A DNA stretch of 57,837 bases, filler included, from Diploschistes diacapsis (lineage: Eukaryota), in assembly GCA_023645945.1 (NCBI GenBank). It is 5 parts of 5 records of this genome, joined end to end, with 100 filler letters (N's around TTAATTAATTAA, not from the genome) between each part and the next. Parts side by side here need not be neighbours in the genome. Positions count along the whole stretch, not along the records: positions 34,771 to 46,258 come from JALAIB010000830.1; positions 46,359 to 57,837 come from JALAIB010000831.1; 3 more parts are not named here. One strand, written 5' to 3'. A program made the translations under genes and the position numbers. The notes under the pieces were generated by a model, which made no database searches, was not told where the DNA came from, and was given only the letters and a program-made list of their open reading frames with translations. How positions within the stretch are numbered: position 1 is the stretch's first letter; each line of letters opens with the position of its first letter. Shown here in pieces: positions 36,297 to 50,200 of the stretch.

Positions 36297-37912
36297 ATGC
36301 ATTTGCGGTCGTTGAAGTTGTTGGCGGTCGTGGGAGGACTTGCTTCTCAGGGATGGGCGCAAGGAATAACCCTCGATCCTACTTCACCAGGTATGTTGGC
36401 CTGTCCATCGAACGCAAGAATGACCTTGGTCCTGTATCGAAATCGGCTGAAATCGATCGCATACTGATTGCGGTTTACCTGCAGATTCATATAAAGCTGC
36501 TGCCAGTAAATGCGCTTATAATATGATGACATACTACACCGGAAACCAAACAGGACAGGTGCCAGGTCTACTGCCCCAACCTTACTACTGGTGGGAAGCT
36601 GGTGCGATGTTTGGGCAGTTGATCCATTACTGGAACTTGACGGGGGATACGACGTATAACGATGTTGTGAAGCAAGCGCTGCTGTTTCAGACCGGCTCGG
36701 AAAACAACTACATGCCTCAAAACCAATCCAAAGATCTTGTGAGAAAGGCGCCATCTGCATGGATGGATCGTTTGCTAACTGTGTTGCAAGGGTAACGATG
36801 ATCAATCCTTTTGGTCGTTCTCCGCCATGGACGCTGCCGAATTAGGCTTCTCGAACCCGGACGGTACTTATCCATCATGGGTAGCGTTGGCTCAGGCAGT
36901 GTGGAACACGCAGGTTCCCCGTTGGGAAACGACGACGTGTGGAGGAGGTCTTCGTTGGCAAATCTTCCCCTTCAATGCAGGCTACCAGTACAAGAACACC
37001 GTGGCAACCGGAGGCTTGTTCCAGCTGTCGGCACGTCTTGCACGGTACACCGGGAATCAGACATACGCCGACTGGGCCGAGAAGACATTCGACTGGCTCT
37101 ACAATTCGCCCATTATGGCCCAGTCTCTCACGAAAGTCTGGGATGGTACCTCGATGGTAAACAACTGTAGTGACGCCACCCAAACGTACTGGACCTACAA
37201 CGTCGGCACGGTTATAATGGGCTCAGCATACATGTACAACTACGTGAGTCAACCTTTCCTGTAGCCATGGAAACCAAAGATCTGATCTTCGCAGACAAAC
37301 AACCAGACTTGGTTCGACCGTGTTAATGGCCTCATGGCCGCCACCGACGTGTTCTTCGTGAAAACTGCCGGTCCCAACAGCCCTCCAGCAATCCCGGGCC
37401 CTGGCGGAGACATCATGTGCGAAGTAGCCTGCGAGACGCCGACACCGCAGACCTGCAACTATGACCAGCCCTCCTTCAAGGCCTACCTTTCCCGCTGGCT
37501 CGCCGTCACCGCCCAGCTCGTGCCGCAGCTATCCGCTCAGATCATGCTCCGCCTGCAAGCCTCCGCCGCGGCTGCCGCCGTCCAATGCTCGGGCCAGAAC
37601 AAGAACATGTGTGGCCGCCGCTGGTACCAGAATGTCTGGGACGGCGAGTTCGGCGTCGGCGAGCAGATGTCGGCCATGTCCGTCTTTCAAAATAACCTCA
37701 TCGGGAGCGCCGCGGCGCCGCTCACCCTCAACAAGGGAGGCACCAGTCAGAGCGATCCCAGCGCCGGAGCCGGCAGCGGCAGCAGCTCGGGGGAGACCAA
37801 CGACCCGGCGGCAACGAACTTGATCACCACGGGCGATAAGGCTGGGGCTGGTGTTCTGACCTTTTTCTCTTTGATGCTTGTCATCGGAGGCACGTCGTGG
37901 ATGGTGATATAA
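36297..37912 (+). CDS. GH76 mannan endo-1,6-alpha-mannosidase, Dcw1/Dfg5 family, GPI-anchored
   Basis: Signal peptide; [12 protein letters not shown]; catalytic LGNDDQSFW across an intron; [49 protein letters not shown]-terminal [13 protein letters not shown] plus hydrophobic tail. Confidence 0.95.
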
Positions 37913-39669
37913 CGAGGTCGGTGGTTGCTGTACATATGTATACCGGGCAAGTGCTTGTGTTTTGGAGCGGTGCTGTACCTATACCGGGGTCTTACGTAAC
38001 CCCCCCCCAACCCCCCCCCGGTACTATACTGGGGGGAGAAAGAGGTGGGATCATGTTTGAGATACTCCTTACCTACCTGAAGTACCGAGCCTTTTTTTCT
38101 TTTTCCTTCTTTTTTTTTTTCTCTTTTTGATTGGCATTTCGGGGCGTATTGATGGTTGGGAACTTGTAGTTAACCTTTAATGCACTGTCTGGTTTCGTGA
38201 TGTTATCGGATATACGTTAGTCTATCAGGAGTTCCCATCCCAGATCATGTATTGGGGTGGGACACGCATGATATCCCCACCCCCCTGGTCTCACGTTAAA
38301 GACCGAACCCCATGTTCCTCAAGATGGCGTCTTGTTCGTTGCAGAACTTCGCGTCGACACTTTCAGAGTTGCTGACGAGCCTTGATCATCCAAACGCCCA
38401 ACTCCTCTTATTCAGGTTTTGGGGCGGAGGCACCCTCATATTTTATTTTGCATGTGCATATAAAGCTCTTCCAAATACTTGGTAGATGTTTGTGTAGGGA
38501 AAGGGTTGTAGCCCGATCCTCCTTACCGAGGTAGGGGAACGTTCGGTCGTCAATTACTTGCTGACGAGGAAGAATGTTCAATGCACTGCCTTCTTCGCTG
38601 TAGTACAAATACGGCCTCCAGGCTCTGCCGCCGCAGATGGGAAGCTCGCAAAGAGGCAAAGCTGAAACGGATGTGGATACGACTTGCCTCTTCACGTGGT
38701 GCAGGGGGCAACTCTGATCATCCTTTTGCCCACAGCTGTAGGATGGTTGGATTTTTCTGGGGTGCACAAAGTATAATACGTGTTGCTGGAGGCCCGCAGC
38801 TTCGAGGGACGAGGTTCTTCTTGCTCACGTGTCGTGTCATATCATGCGCATGCCATGGAATTTTGTTTATGGAATTTTGTTTATGGCCTAAAAGGCACGG
38901 AGTCTCGGAAGGCCGGAATGAGGGGAGGGGGCCGTTGGAGTGGCAGGGATCTAACTAACTAACGTGCAAAAATAGATGGGTTTCGGAAGGGGATACGATA
39001 GGGCTCTTTTATAGAATTACATAACACAGCATGCATGTCGGCAAAGCAACATTGGAGTCAGCAGCCGGGCATGGGGAAACAAAGTCTGCCTTTCTTTGAC
39101 GCTCGCCACAGCTGCTTATCCCCATGATATATATTAATTATATTAATTATATTAATATAATTAATTATACATACATGCCCTTGTCTCAGCTTGAGTGTAT
39201 AATTAACGAAGAGGATGTGGCACGACCCTGTAAGGTTACGGTTACGGTTACGGCGAGACCAGCCCCTGTGAGTAAGTAGTATATGAGTAAGTAGTATAGT
39301 GCGCGTTCCATCTCGCTTCTGTCTGAGATTGCAGTAATTCATGCGATGGCTTCAATTATTAATTATTCCCCAAATCTCGACCCGTGTGGCCCAAGGATTC
39401 GAGCTGAGCGGCGCAGCTACATGGCCAACCTACTACTTTGTCTTTATTCTTCTTCGAGCTTAATTAGCTTACTACCATGTGCTGTTGGTCTTTTACCGCC
39501 CCTGCTTTGATTATTCGCACTGCCTCCCTTCTTCTCGCTTCTGCTGCTTCTTATTCCTTTCGTTTTATATTCAATCCAGTCACTCCCTTACGCTCGTTAG
39601 TACCTGCTCGCTTTTTGCTCCTCCTCCTCTTTCGTCCTTGCAGGTAAGCTCTAAGCGGTGCTCGCCGTT

Positions 39670-40668
39670 ATGTATTCTTCACTTCTCTTCTTCACTCTCT
39701 TTGGCGCATCAGCCTGGGCCCAGAGCACTGCCAGCTCCACTGGGCCTGTCGCTTGGGGATACGGCCAGAGCGCTGCCAGCTCCACTGGATCGGCTGCTTC
39801 AGGATCGGGCACGACTTCGACCGTCACCAGCACCGTCCCTGCTGTTGGGCAAAATACCGATGGCCCAGAAGAGATTGCCTTGAGCTACTGTTTCCCCGGC
39901 AGCTGGTCGGGCCCGGCTACCGATACTCCCTGCTATTCCATGGAGGTCTTGAACCAAGCGTGCTATTACGGCCCAAGCGTCTATCAGACGGCCACGGCCA
40001 CTCCTTCTGCATCAGCGTCTCCCCAGGACCAGCAGTCCTGCTACTGCAACGAGCAAAGCGGTGCGGGATACATGTACTGGGAATATATGGGAGGGTAAGC
40101 GATGCGTGTTTGAACAACAATCAAAGCCAGCACTGACGGCGGGTCTTTTGGATAGATGCTCCACTTGTTTCAGAGATCATGGTTCGCTTGGTGGGCCTGG
40201 TGCATATAGCCCGGACTTCATCAACTCGCTGTCGTCCGCCTACTGCGGTCAGGCAACACCAACCCTCGCTTTCGGCAAATTCCTTACCGCCTTCGGTGGA
40301 TCCACCGTTGTTGCGACCAAAGATGCCGCTACCTCTACTCTTCTTGGAACCCAGACCGACGTCTCTCTTGTATGTTTGACATTGTTCTCTCGACCAGGTA
40401 TCCTAGCTAACTCTCCTAGTACTTCACTACTGTCCCCACCGGTGGCGTCGCGAACATGACCGCCAACAGCACCGCTACCATCGGCAGCTCCAATTCCACC
40501 TCTCTTACGTCCACCGTCCTTGGCACAACGACGGGTGCGAGCACTTCGCACGGTGGCAGCAGCTCCACTTCTGGTGCACCAACCACCTCCTCGAGCAGTG
40601 GCGCCAACGCTGTTCAGCTTTCCGGCTTCTTCGGAGCTGCCATCGTGGGTCTCGCAGCTATGCTGTAG
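39670..40668 (+). CDS. GPI-anchored Ser/Thr-rich cell-wall protein with a Cys-rich domain
   Basis: Signal peptide MYSSLLFFTLFGASAWA; Cys domain (QQSCYCN..YWEYMGG|CSTCFRDHG..AYC); two introns; S/T tail; omega/hydrophobic end SSSSGANAVQLSGFFGAAIVGLAAML. Confidence 0.85.
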
Positions 40669-41776
40669 GTTCAATGTGCATCACATGGCGTTGGCTGGGC
40701 TCCAGAAAGATTTATATATACTTTGCATTTAATAAATGGATTCCTCCTACTCTTCAATTTTTACCCGTGGAACGTTGCTCGACCCCGAGATTGGGGCTCT
40801 ATTCTAACATTTCAGTATCGGTAGATGATAAAAAATAATAGTTGAAACCCTTTTTCCAAAAGCCTTCTCATCTTGCATCGCAGTCCCGAACATCCCACTT
40901 GTTGTTTCCAAAATAACATGGCGACTAAGGATTGACCTCTGGAAAGCTCCCAAGATGTTGTTTTGGCCTTGAAAAGATGCTCCTTCTCGCATGGCATTTA
41001 TCTACACCTTACCGCGCCTCACAAGTACCCAGTATTCTAGTTTTTAGACCAACAGTAATCAACCAGTTCAAGTATTATCATCCGAGACCATTTTATGCTG
41101 TGCGTACACTGGTTACTAAAAGGAGCTATTTTGTCATTGTGCGGCCAAGAAGCAGCACAAAGAGCGGTGATGTTATTGCAGCCCCGTTATCCATGACCAG
41201 GGGAACGACAGAAACATAAAACTTACGATATATAGCATCCAGGAAATGACTTGGTTCATCATGGCATGTCTTTGCGTCGGACACTCGTTGCACGGCAGCT
41301 CCATCAGACTATGACATGATTGTTTAGACTCAGCTACAAAATTTACTAAGTCTGCACCTTGCCTCATCCATATCGGCCTTGCACTTGATCCATGACTTCC
41401 CGTCAAATCAATCTTTACGATTACAATCATCGTCACGTTGTATTTCAGTTAGCTCCTCACACGTAGTCTTGCGTTAAGCGTTAGCCTGACAGCTCGCTCA
41501 CTTTCCGTTTTCCAGATCTCGTTACATTGTCCCAGATCATCCTGCGAGCCAGTCTACCCCGAATTGGCCAGCAGCTACCGCACTCCTGCCTGTGCGGTCT
41601 CCTGCCTATGCGGTCTCCAAATTAGAAGCTTCGTACTTGGGAAGAGGGGGAAGAAATCGCCCACCACGGCGGTCTCTGACAATACCAGGCTCGGTGGAGC
41701 AAGCCGTTCGGTGTTGGGGCATTTGAACACGGGCGACAGTCGCTCAGCATCTCCAGCTAAGAGATCAAGGTCGGAA

Positions 41777-44700
41777 ATGGAAGTGTCAAACAAGGCGGAA
41801 GGGGAAATGGAAGATGTACCTATGCCGTCCTCCGCCACCTCAGAATCCCCGCCCGAGGAAGCGGAGCAGCCGGCGAACAAGCGGGTTACGAGGCTGTCAC
41901 AGAGGCACACGCGAGAAACTTCCGTCGACATGCTATCCGAGGAAAATGGATCGAATCAGTCGCAGGGTGCCTATCGCACCCCGCAGAGCGGCATATCTTC
42001 CTCGAGCTCAACGTCTTCGTCCACAGCCCGAATCTCAACTGCGCAGGGCACGAAAGAAGAGACTCCGCCTCTGGACGAACAGATTGCTACAGTTCTTCGG
42101 CTAGCTCAGACACCTCAAACGGATGGTATGAAGGGATATGTAATGTCGGCTTCGTGGCTCAAGGATGCACAAGATCGAGGGACAGCTGCAACAAAGTCCA
42201 GCAAGCAGGCCAAAGAAGAGCTCCTTCCGATGGTCGACAATCGAGATCTCATGCTCAAGATTGACGGACGCGTCCCTGACCTGACGGACGAGAAGGGTGA
42301 GAAGTTCTATCCACTGAGGCCAGGGCAAGAGCTAGGACAAGATATTGAGGTCCTGCCAGAGGAAGCTTGGGAGAGAATAGTCAAGTGGCATGGCATGGAG
42401 AATGGATCACCAGAGCTTATCCGTTACTGTCACAACACAACCACAGGTCCAGGCTGCGAGAACATCCAGTACGAACTCTACCCTCCTGTCTTTACAATCA
42501 TGAAGTTACCCTGCTTCAGCGACAATACGAGCACAGAAGCAGCAAACGACAAAAACTTAGGTCCAGTCCGCATGGTCGCAAGTCGAAGCGAGCGCTTTCA
42601 AGACTTTTTAAGGAGAGCAAAAAGAGCTGCAGGGATCAAGCCGGAAACTCGCGTGAGGCTATGGAGGATCCTGGGGAACGTGAAACCCATAGCATCGCAG
42701 AGTGGAATGCTTACTCCAGCTCAGTCAAGGAGCAATTCTCCCGCCCCAGGAGCCCAGCCTGCTATTGACCTCGGGAACAAATTGATCTTGGACATGAGCC
42801 TGTTCCTCGATCTCGACAAAGATTCGCAGCGGGAGTCAATCGCTATGAAGGACGAGACGAGCAATTCCAATTACAACGGCCATGCCAATCTCGATATCGT
42901 TGGACTGGGTCAAGAGGGTGTAATAGTCCTGGAGGAGCAATTCGGTGGCCCCGCGGGCGGTGAGTTTGTTTCGGACAACGTTAGAGCGACCAATGGCAAA
43001 CAAGGGTCGGCGAAGAACGCGACTGCTACTTCGTCGAATTCCTTGAAGATCAAGTCCACCACTGCGAGCGGAAGGGCGAGCCCTGCTCTGACCGGAATGA
43101 CGATGACAAGGGGAAGAGCTCAGAAGAGCGGCAGAACCAGAGGTGTAGTCGGACTGGGCAACCTCGGAAACACCTGCTACATGAACTCGGCCCTGCAGTG
43201 CGTTCGCAGTGTCAAGGAGCTCGCCTACTATTTTCTAGGTATTTCTTTCAGCCTACTTTTTATTTTGGTGGACCGCTAATGTTCTCACAGAGGGCAAGCA
43301 CAAAGAAGAGCTGAACCCTAGGAATCCGCTGTCTCACAACGGCGATGTTGCCAAAGTGTACGCCTCTCTCCTCCGAGAATTCTACAACATGAGCACGACC
43401 TCGATATCGCCCCGACAGTTCAAGCAGACAATAGGCAAATACGGCCCATCCTTTTCGGGCTACGGCCAGCAAGACTCGCAGGAGTTTCTGCTTTTCCTCC
43501 TCGATGGGCTACAGGAGGATCTCAACAGGATTCACCAAAAGCCTTATATCGAGAAACCCGACTCCACCGATGAAATGGTCCATGATCACGAAGCCCTGCA
43601 GAAAATGGCTGACAGGTGCTGGGAAATCTACAAGGCTCGAAATGATTCCGTCATCACCGACCTCTTTGCCGGTATGTACAAGTCGACTCTGCATTGTCCC
43701 GTCTGCGACAAAACAAGCATCATCTTCGACCCTTTCAACAACCTCACTTTGCAGCTTCCGATTGGAAACATCTGGTCCCGAAGGATCGTTTTCTTTCCAC
43801 TGCGATCGCGACCCATCAACATAGACGTTGATCTGGACAAAAATGGCACTTGGTTCCAACTGAAGGAGCACGTCGCAGCGAAAATGGGGACGGATCCCAA
43901 GAGGCTAGTCACGTCGGAGATGTACAAGAATCGGTTCTTCAGGATGTTTGACGACAACTCTACGCTTGGAGAGGAACGGCTGGCCGATACAGACCTTGTA
44001 TCGATATTCGAGGTCGATCAGGTACCGACGAATTATCCAGCACCCAAGAAGCAGCCAAAAGTCCGATCGCTCGTGCATGCTGGTAACTATGATGACAACG
44101 AAAAGACATCAGAGGAATCGCCTCTTTCGGAACGGCTTCTTGTGCCAGTCTTCAACCGGATCCCGAGGGAAAATGCGTCCAGATATCCGGCCAAGGTACT
44201 CTGTGGCGTTCCTTCATATATCTCTCTTACGCGCGAGGAGGCCTGTGACGAGGACGAGATTCTTCGCAAAGTCCTCGGCAAGGTAGCTACGTTCACAACT
44301 CGAGAGATACTGAGGGAAGACGGCGAGGAGAGCGACGATGGGAACGAAGATGATGATATGGTGGTAATGAATACCGAGGACACCGATTCATCGTCCGATT
44401 CCAAGGTCAATGCCAACTCGGTCCAGAGCGAAGATGGCATGGTTGACGTGTCAATGGACACCACAGAAGGGAACGGTCCTACAGTATCCTTCCCCCCGAT
44501 GCCGAAAGTATCCAAACACGCTCCCCGCGTCCTTCGGCATGGCGCTTTCATTTACCCTCAACTGCGTTCCCTTTTCGATATCTGCGTGATGCACACGGGC
44601 GAAGACGTAGTACCTACAGGGTGGTCTTCCCTGCAGGACGAAAGCAAGAGATATGCCACCCTATCCTCTCGCGTAGCCGGTCTGACCAAAAAGAAGCACA

Positions 44701-46258
44701 AGAAGCGGGAAAAGAAACCGGGCGCACAGTTAAGAGACCGCATCAAAAATGGTGGCAGCTCGAGTTCCAGCGACGAAGATCTTGATATCGCTCTACCGAC
44801 AGTTCGAGCCGCCCTCAATCGTCAAGGGTCAGAAGCAAACTCGTCAGACGACGAACTGCAGCGCAATGGGTCAACAGGTGCTCTCGACAATGGATTCAGC
44901 AGGTTCAACAAAAACAGTTCCCGCAACGGTAGCGGAACGCTAATTACATACTCACGCAAAGATCGTCGACGCAGGTCCCTTGGGGGTTACGACGGTGCCG
45001 CGTCCGAGGAAGAGGCGCCGAAACCAAAGAAGCCTCTCTTGCAACTGCGTGAGGCGATCGTGCTGGACTGGAGCCTTGACGGCTTCAATGCTCTCTTTGG
45101 CGGCAATGAATCCGCGCCTGACGCAGAATTTTCGAACGGCGCGCCGACGTGGGAAAACAATCCACTGCTCCCAGATCCGGAGCTCGTTCGGAATCGCGCG
45201 AGACGCAACGCGAAGAGAAAGAATGGGGTTACGTTGGATGACTGCCTCAACGAGTTTGGGAAGGAAGAGATCCTGTCGGAGAACGATGCTTGGTACTGCC
45301 CACGCTGCAAAGAGCACAGACGCGCGAGCAAGAAGTTCGAGCTTTGGAGCGTGCCCGACATCCTCGTCGTCCACCTGAAGCGGTTCTCCAGCGAAGGCAG
45401 GTTCCGGGACAAGGTGGACGCTCACGTTGATTTCCCAGTGACCGACCTCGACATCAACGACCGGGTGGTGGTCCACGAAAAAGGCAAAGACCTCGTTTAC
45501 GACCTCTTTGCCGTCGACAACCACTACGGTGGCCTGGGTGGTGGGCACTACACTGCGTTTGCGCAAAATTTTGACAACGGAGAGTGGTACGAATACAACG
45601 GTATGTCCTCCCGCTCGAGGAGGCTTTCAACAAACCCCCCGCAACCTTGCTGATGGCTTCATAGACTCGATAGTGAGCAAATGCAACGACACCCGGCGCG
45701 TTGTAACCTCCGCAGCTTACATCCTCTTCTACCGCCGGCGCTCCTCCACCGCGCTTGGGGGTCCATTCTTCGAAGAAATCGTGCGCGGAAGGGAAGAACC
45801 CGAAGAGAACGCCCAGGCCGGCTCGCAGACGCCATCACGCAACGGGTCGCCTTCCACCGGTGCCGCGGCGGGGGAAGGCCAGCGCCTCGAGGACTCATCC
45901 CGCGGCTTCTCGAGCGCGTCGTCTCTCGGAGCAGGAGCAGCTCGCCGAGCGGGAAATGGTGGGGCGGTGGCGGCGGGAGCGGGAGCGGGAGCGGAAGTAG
46001 CAGCGGGCTTGGGGCCGCTCGCGACGAGGGCGCGCGCGAGTAACGGCGAGAGCGAAGAAGAAGACAGCGAGTTGCCGGACTACAGCCAGGACGACCCGAA
46101 TCCGGCGCAGAGCATGGAACTGGACGATGGCGTCGACGACATGAGGCCCGGGCTGCCGTTCGGCGAGACGGGGTGGAACTTCGAGAGCTTGAACAGGGGC
46201 GGCGGCGGGGGCATGATGATGAGTTCGTTGGAGGACGAGGACGGAGACGGGGGCGGGG
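41777..46258 (+). CDS. UBP12: Ubiquitin C-terminal hydrolase, USP4/11/15-like with DUSP domain; 3' end truncated, start uncertain
   Basis: DUSP-like GYVMSASWL..LPEEAWERIVKWHG; Cys box GLGNLGNTCYMNSALQC; QQDSQEFLLFLLDGLQEDLNRI; WYCPRCKEHRRASK; HLKRF; His box AVDNHYGGLGGGHYTA..WYEYN|D; AAYILFYRRR. The frame is open upstream to about 41516, so the true start may be earlier. Confidence 0.9.
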
Positions 46259-46358
46259 NNNNNNNNNNNNNNNNNNNNNNNNNNNNNNNNNNNNNNNNNN
46301 NNTTAATTAATTAANNNNNNNNNNNNNNNNNNNNNNNNNNNNNNNNNNNNNNNNNNNN
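46259..46358. other. Artificial contig spacer
   Basis: 100-bp N run with TTAATTAATTAA linker. Confidence 0.98.
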
Positions 46359-47264
46359 CTGTTATCCTACTAAAGGCCTGTCCTGGCCTGTCCTGTTAGG
46401 AAGGAAAGTAAAAATAAACAATAAAAGATAAAAAATAAGTAGAGTTCAGAGGCATCATGCCCTTGAAGCGTGGGATAGGTAGAGATGATAGTCGCTGGAA
46501 AGGGGGAAAAGAGAGTCGACAGGGTAGGAAAGTAGCGGGAAAACTAGCATAGTACAAAGCAACGCGTGGTTTGTAATTGCACATGAATCATGTATGCAGA
46601 TGCGTATAGGGACCAAAGTTGCATGTTCGATTGATTGATTGGGTAAGTGCTCCATCCGTCTGGCTTGTGGTAGCAAGCACAATGAAGTACCTGGCTGCCT
46701 CCGCCTCTCTTCAAATAAAGTTGTATCCTTAATCGGTCTGGCTTCTCGCTTCAGTCCTCATGGAGTACATGAATCGCCTTGCACCTGATATCCGATCCGT
46801 CCCTTCCAATTCCTGGCTTGCGCCCGTTGCTTTTCCTCCTCGTCAAATCATGGTGACCGTTATCGTAAGCGTCCATCCATCATATCCCGGTCCCATCCGC
46901 CGCTAGGCCCAATGCAATTATCCCGAGTCCTTGCACCAAAGGAGACTTGGAGAGAAGCAGCGACCACAACGGTTGCCTGTGCTCGCCCATTGAAGACCAA
47001 AGTTGTTGCACCAAAAGGAGTACGCCGTGACCGGTTTGATACGCAAAACGCCAGGTCGAAAATTGAAAGTAAAGATCCGAAAAGAAAGTTTCCAGGCTGC
47101 TCCACCTTTTCGCTGACGGCATTTCGTCGAACAGAACGCGAGGGTCGCAGTGTAGAATGGCTCGACGGAAAAGCACCCGGTCCGACCGAAGACAAATACG
47201 GAATGCAGCCGACGCAAACCCACAGCCAATCTCGTTTGCGTCTCTTAGCTCTGCGCCAAGGCAA

Positions 47265-50200
47265 TCAATCCAGATTCGACGTATCCGTAAGCGCTTCGTC
47301 GCTGTCATACTCTCCAGAAAGAGCATCGTCCGGACTCGCGACCGCAAGTGCAACCAGCATGTCCTTGAGTTCTAAACAGAGGGCATCGCGTTAGTCAACG
47401 CTCTCTTCAATACTCTCTTGAACAGTCTCGTGCTCGCTCAAAGCAGGGAAACTGCGCTCAGTCAAAGCAAAGGAGGACATACTTCGAATCTGATCGTTCA
47501 AGCTCTCCCACTCGTCCGAGTCCCGAGGACAGTACTGCTCGAAGCAGTAATTGAGGATGTTGATAAGATCGCTGACTCTCGCTGGGTCCAGGCTTTTTCG
47601 TTGCAGGATGGCGTCGCTGCCCACTTTCATGAGGCCCTCAAGAAGTTGCGCTCCCGCGTGCTCGATATTGTCCGCCAGAAACTCGTCGTCTTCGACGTCA
47701 CGCTCGAAGAGAAGGCGCTTCAGGAATTCGACCGTGTCCATTCTGACTTCGCGCTCCGGATAGAAGAGTAAATATGGTGCAAAGTGGGGTACCACCCGCA
47801 GTATTTCGTTCTGGAAGAACTTGCGCGAATGATGGCTGACCAGGGGATTGTAAAGTTGAGCCACTCTTACGAAAAAGTCCAGATGCTCCGGGCCTCCGGA
47901 GTCGTTGATAGACGCCACTTCCTTTGCAAACTTGGTGATCATTATTCTGACATAGTTTGGTTCGCTGCAAGTCTCACAATAAGCAAGACCGGCTTGCAGG
48001 TAGGGCCCGGCAAGGGCGGCCGGTTCTACCGAGGCACCCGTCAGGATTGTGGAACTGACGTGTTTGACGAAGGGTTCGTTGAAGCGCTCATCTTGCACCA
48101 AAGTGCGGACAAGATCTTTCAGAACATTGACGTCAATGCCATCAGCCGCGAGCGCTGCTTGCAAGATGGGAACGATCTTCGTGCCTCTTTCCTCATCCAC
48201 CACGGTGCTCTTGATCAGCCTGAACTCGTCCGGCACCAGGCTATAAGACCAAGAATCGTTGAAGCCAGGTTCGTCACCATCGTAACCTCTGGGGGGGTCA
48301 CTTGCTCCCTTCAGTAGTAAATTTACCAGAGACACAAGGTTTTTGAAGGAAATTCGGCGCCTGTTCCGTGCTCTGAGGTACGACTCGACAAGTGGCCAAC
48401 CCAGGCCTATTTCCGTTCTGGACTCCCCGTAAAGATACTGCAGCGCGGTTTGTAAGAATCCCGATTCGTGCACGATCCATCTTTCGTAGCGTCCCATCGA
48501 AGCCATTCTCAGCATCAATCCGTAGTATTCGTCCCAAACTCTGGTGTGGAAATGCATGTAGTGAAGAAGCTCCCTGAGAACAAGTACGGTTTCTTGGAAT
48601 AGTCCGCGCGAGCTTTGTACGAGCGTGCTCTGGGTCGAAGAGGAATCGGAGTCGGAATACTCCATCTCGGGCGCGTAAAGCCGCAGATCACGGTCTTTCA
48701 GGAGCTTCAACGAACCGAATATGAAAGACTGCAGTCTTCTCCTGAAGGATTCGTCGGGACACCTGAGGATCAAGGCACGTAGAGGCCGCTCGTCTTTGGT
48801 TATCTCCCTCAAGAAGATTTCGCAGCACCTGGTGCAGCGTTCCAGCATCTTCCATAGACAGTCTATCATGGTGTCACGTTCGAGTTGACAATCTTTCGCT
48901 CTGGCGAAGACTGTCTCGGTTTGGTGCAGGATCAGTTGAATGAGATCTCGCTCAATGGAATGATCTTCGCTGCACTGGTCTTCTCTGATCTTTCGATAGT
49001 GCTCGACAACTCGTCGCGTGAAAGCCGCATGTTCGTGACCGAAGAGACAGTATTTACGAACCCAGTTCTCGTTCTCCGAGCTGATACGGTTTGCGAGTTG
49101 GAGTGGAATCATGGCTCGGACAGGCGACGAGGGGTCTGCGGGAGCAAAGTTCTTCTCCTCTACCTCCATGGCGGAAAAACGCCGGTAGAACAACATGTAT
49201 GCGTTCCAACTTTTGGGGTACTGCATGTTGGAGTACGGTTGCTCAGTCCAGCCTCCAAAGCATTGATCTTGGATACATGCCGGATCGAAGGCAGTAACGT
49301 CCGCATCGTTCATCTCGACCCATGTGCTCTTGATTCCGGGCCTCTCGCGGATATAAGAATAGTAATGACCGGCCTCGGCGTTACCACTGTGGACCAGAAC
49401 ACCTACCAAAAGGAAGTTGTCCGGCGTGGCGGGCTGCTGGGTATCCTTGAGGTACTCGACGTTGTAGGGTGTCATGTCGATCTCCTGTGGGAACTCGAAG
49501 TAGTCATTGACTTTGCTCCGCATCCCGCTCATCAGGTCGTAATCGAATCGTTTTAGATGAAAGATGAGATTATCGGGAATGTCCTTCAAGCAAGCCCTGC
49601 ATACAATCAGCAAACTGACCGAAGAGGAGAACGTCGACAGACCTTTTGATTGCATTGACGTAGGCATCGCAGGAACCACATTTGTACTTATTATCTAGAT
49701 CAAGCTTAGCAATAGTCATGGTGTGTGGGACGCGCCAAGACGAACCACCTTGCATCATTTCGCCCTCGATAAAAGCACTCAGGCTCTCCGTGAGCGTAGT
49801 CTTGCCTTGAATGTCGCACTGTATGACAGAAAACGGCTCGACCCTCTCCGAGATGTGGGGGCAGTCCTGAGATTTGATCTGCTGGACGAGTTCGCCCCCA
49901 TAGAACCTGCGGAACGTCTTCTTGTCGTCTTCCAAGAGTATCTGACTCTCCCAGCGGTCGAACAGAAGGTTATAAAACTCGTCGACATCCATCTGAACGG
50001 TCACATCGATGGCCTGGTTGTCGAACGTCGCTATGCAACCGACAACGTTGTCCGGATCTACAGCCTTCAGCCATGTCTCTTGCAAATAAGCAAAGAGCTT
50101 TTGCGATTCTTGAAGGAGCTTTTGGGGTCCCTTTGCGTCAGTGAGCTTCATGTTCAGGACGAAATCACGGAAGTTGATGTTCATGAATAGTTGCATTAGA

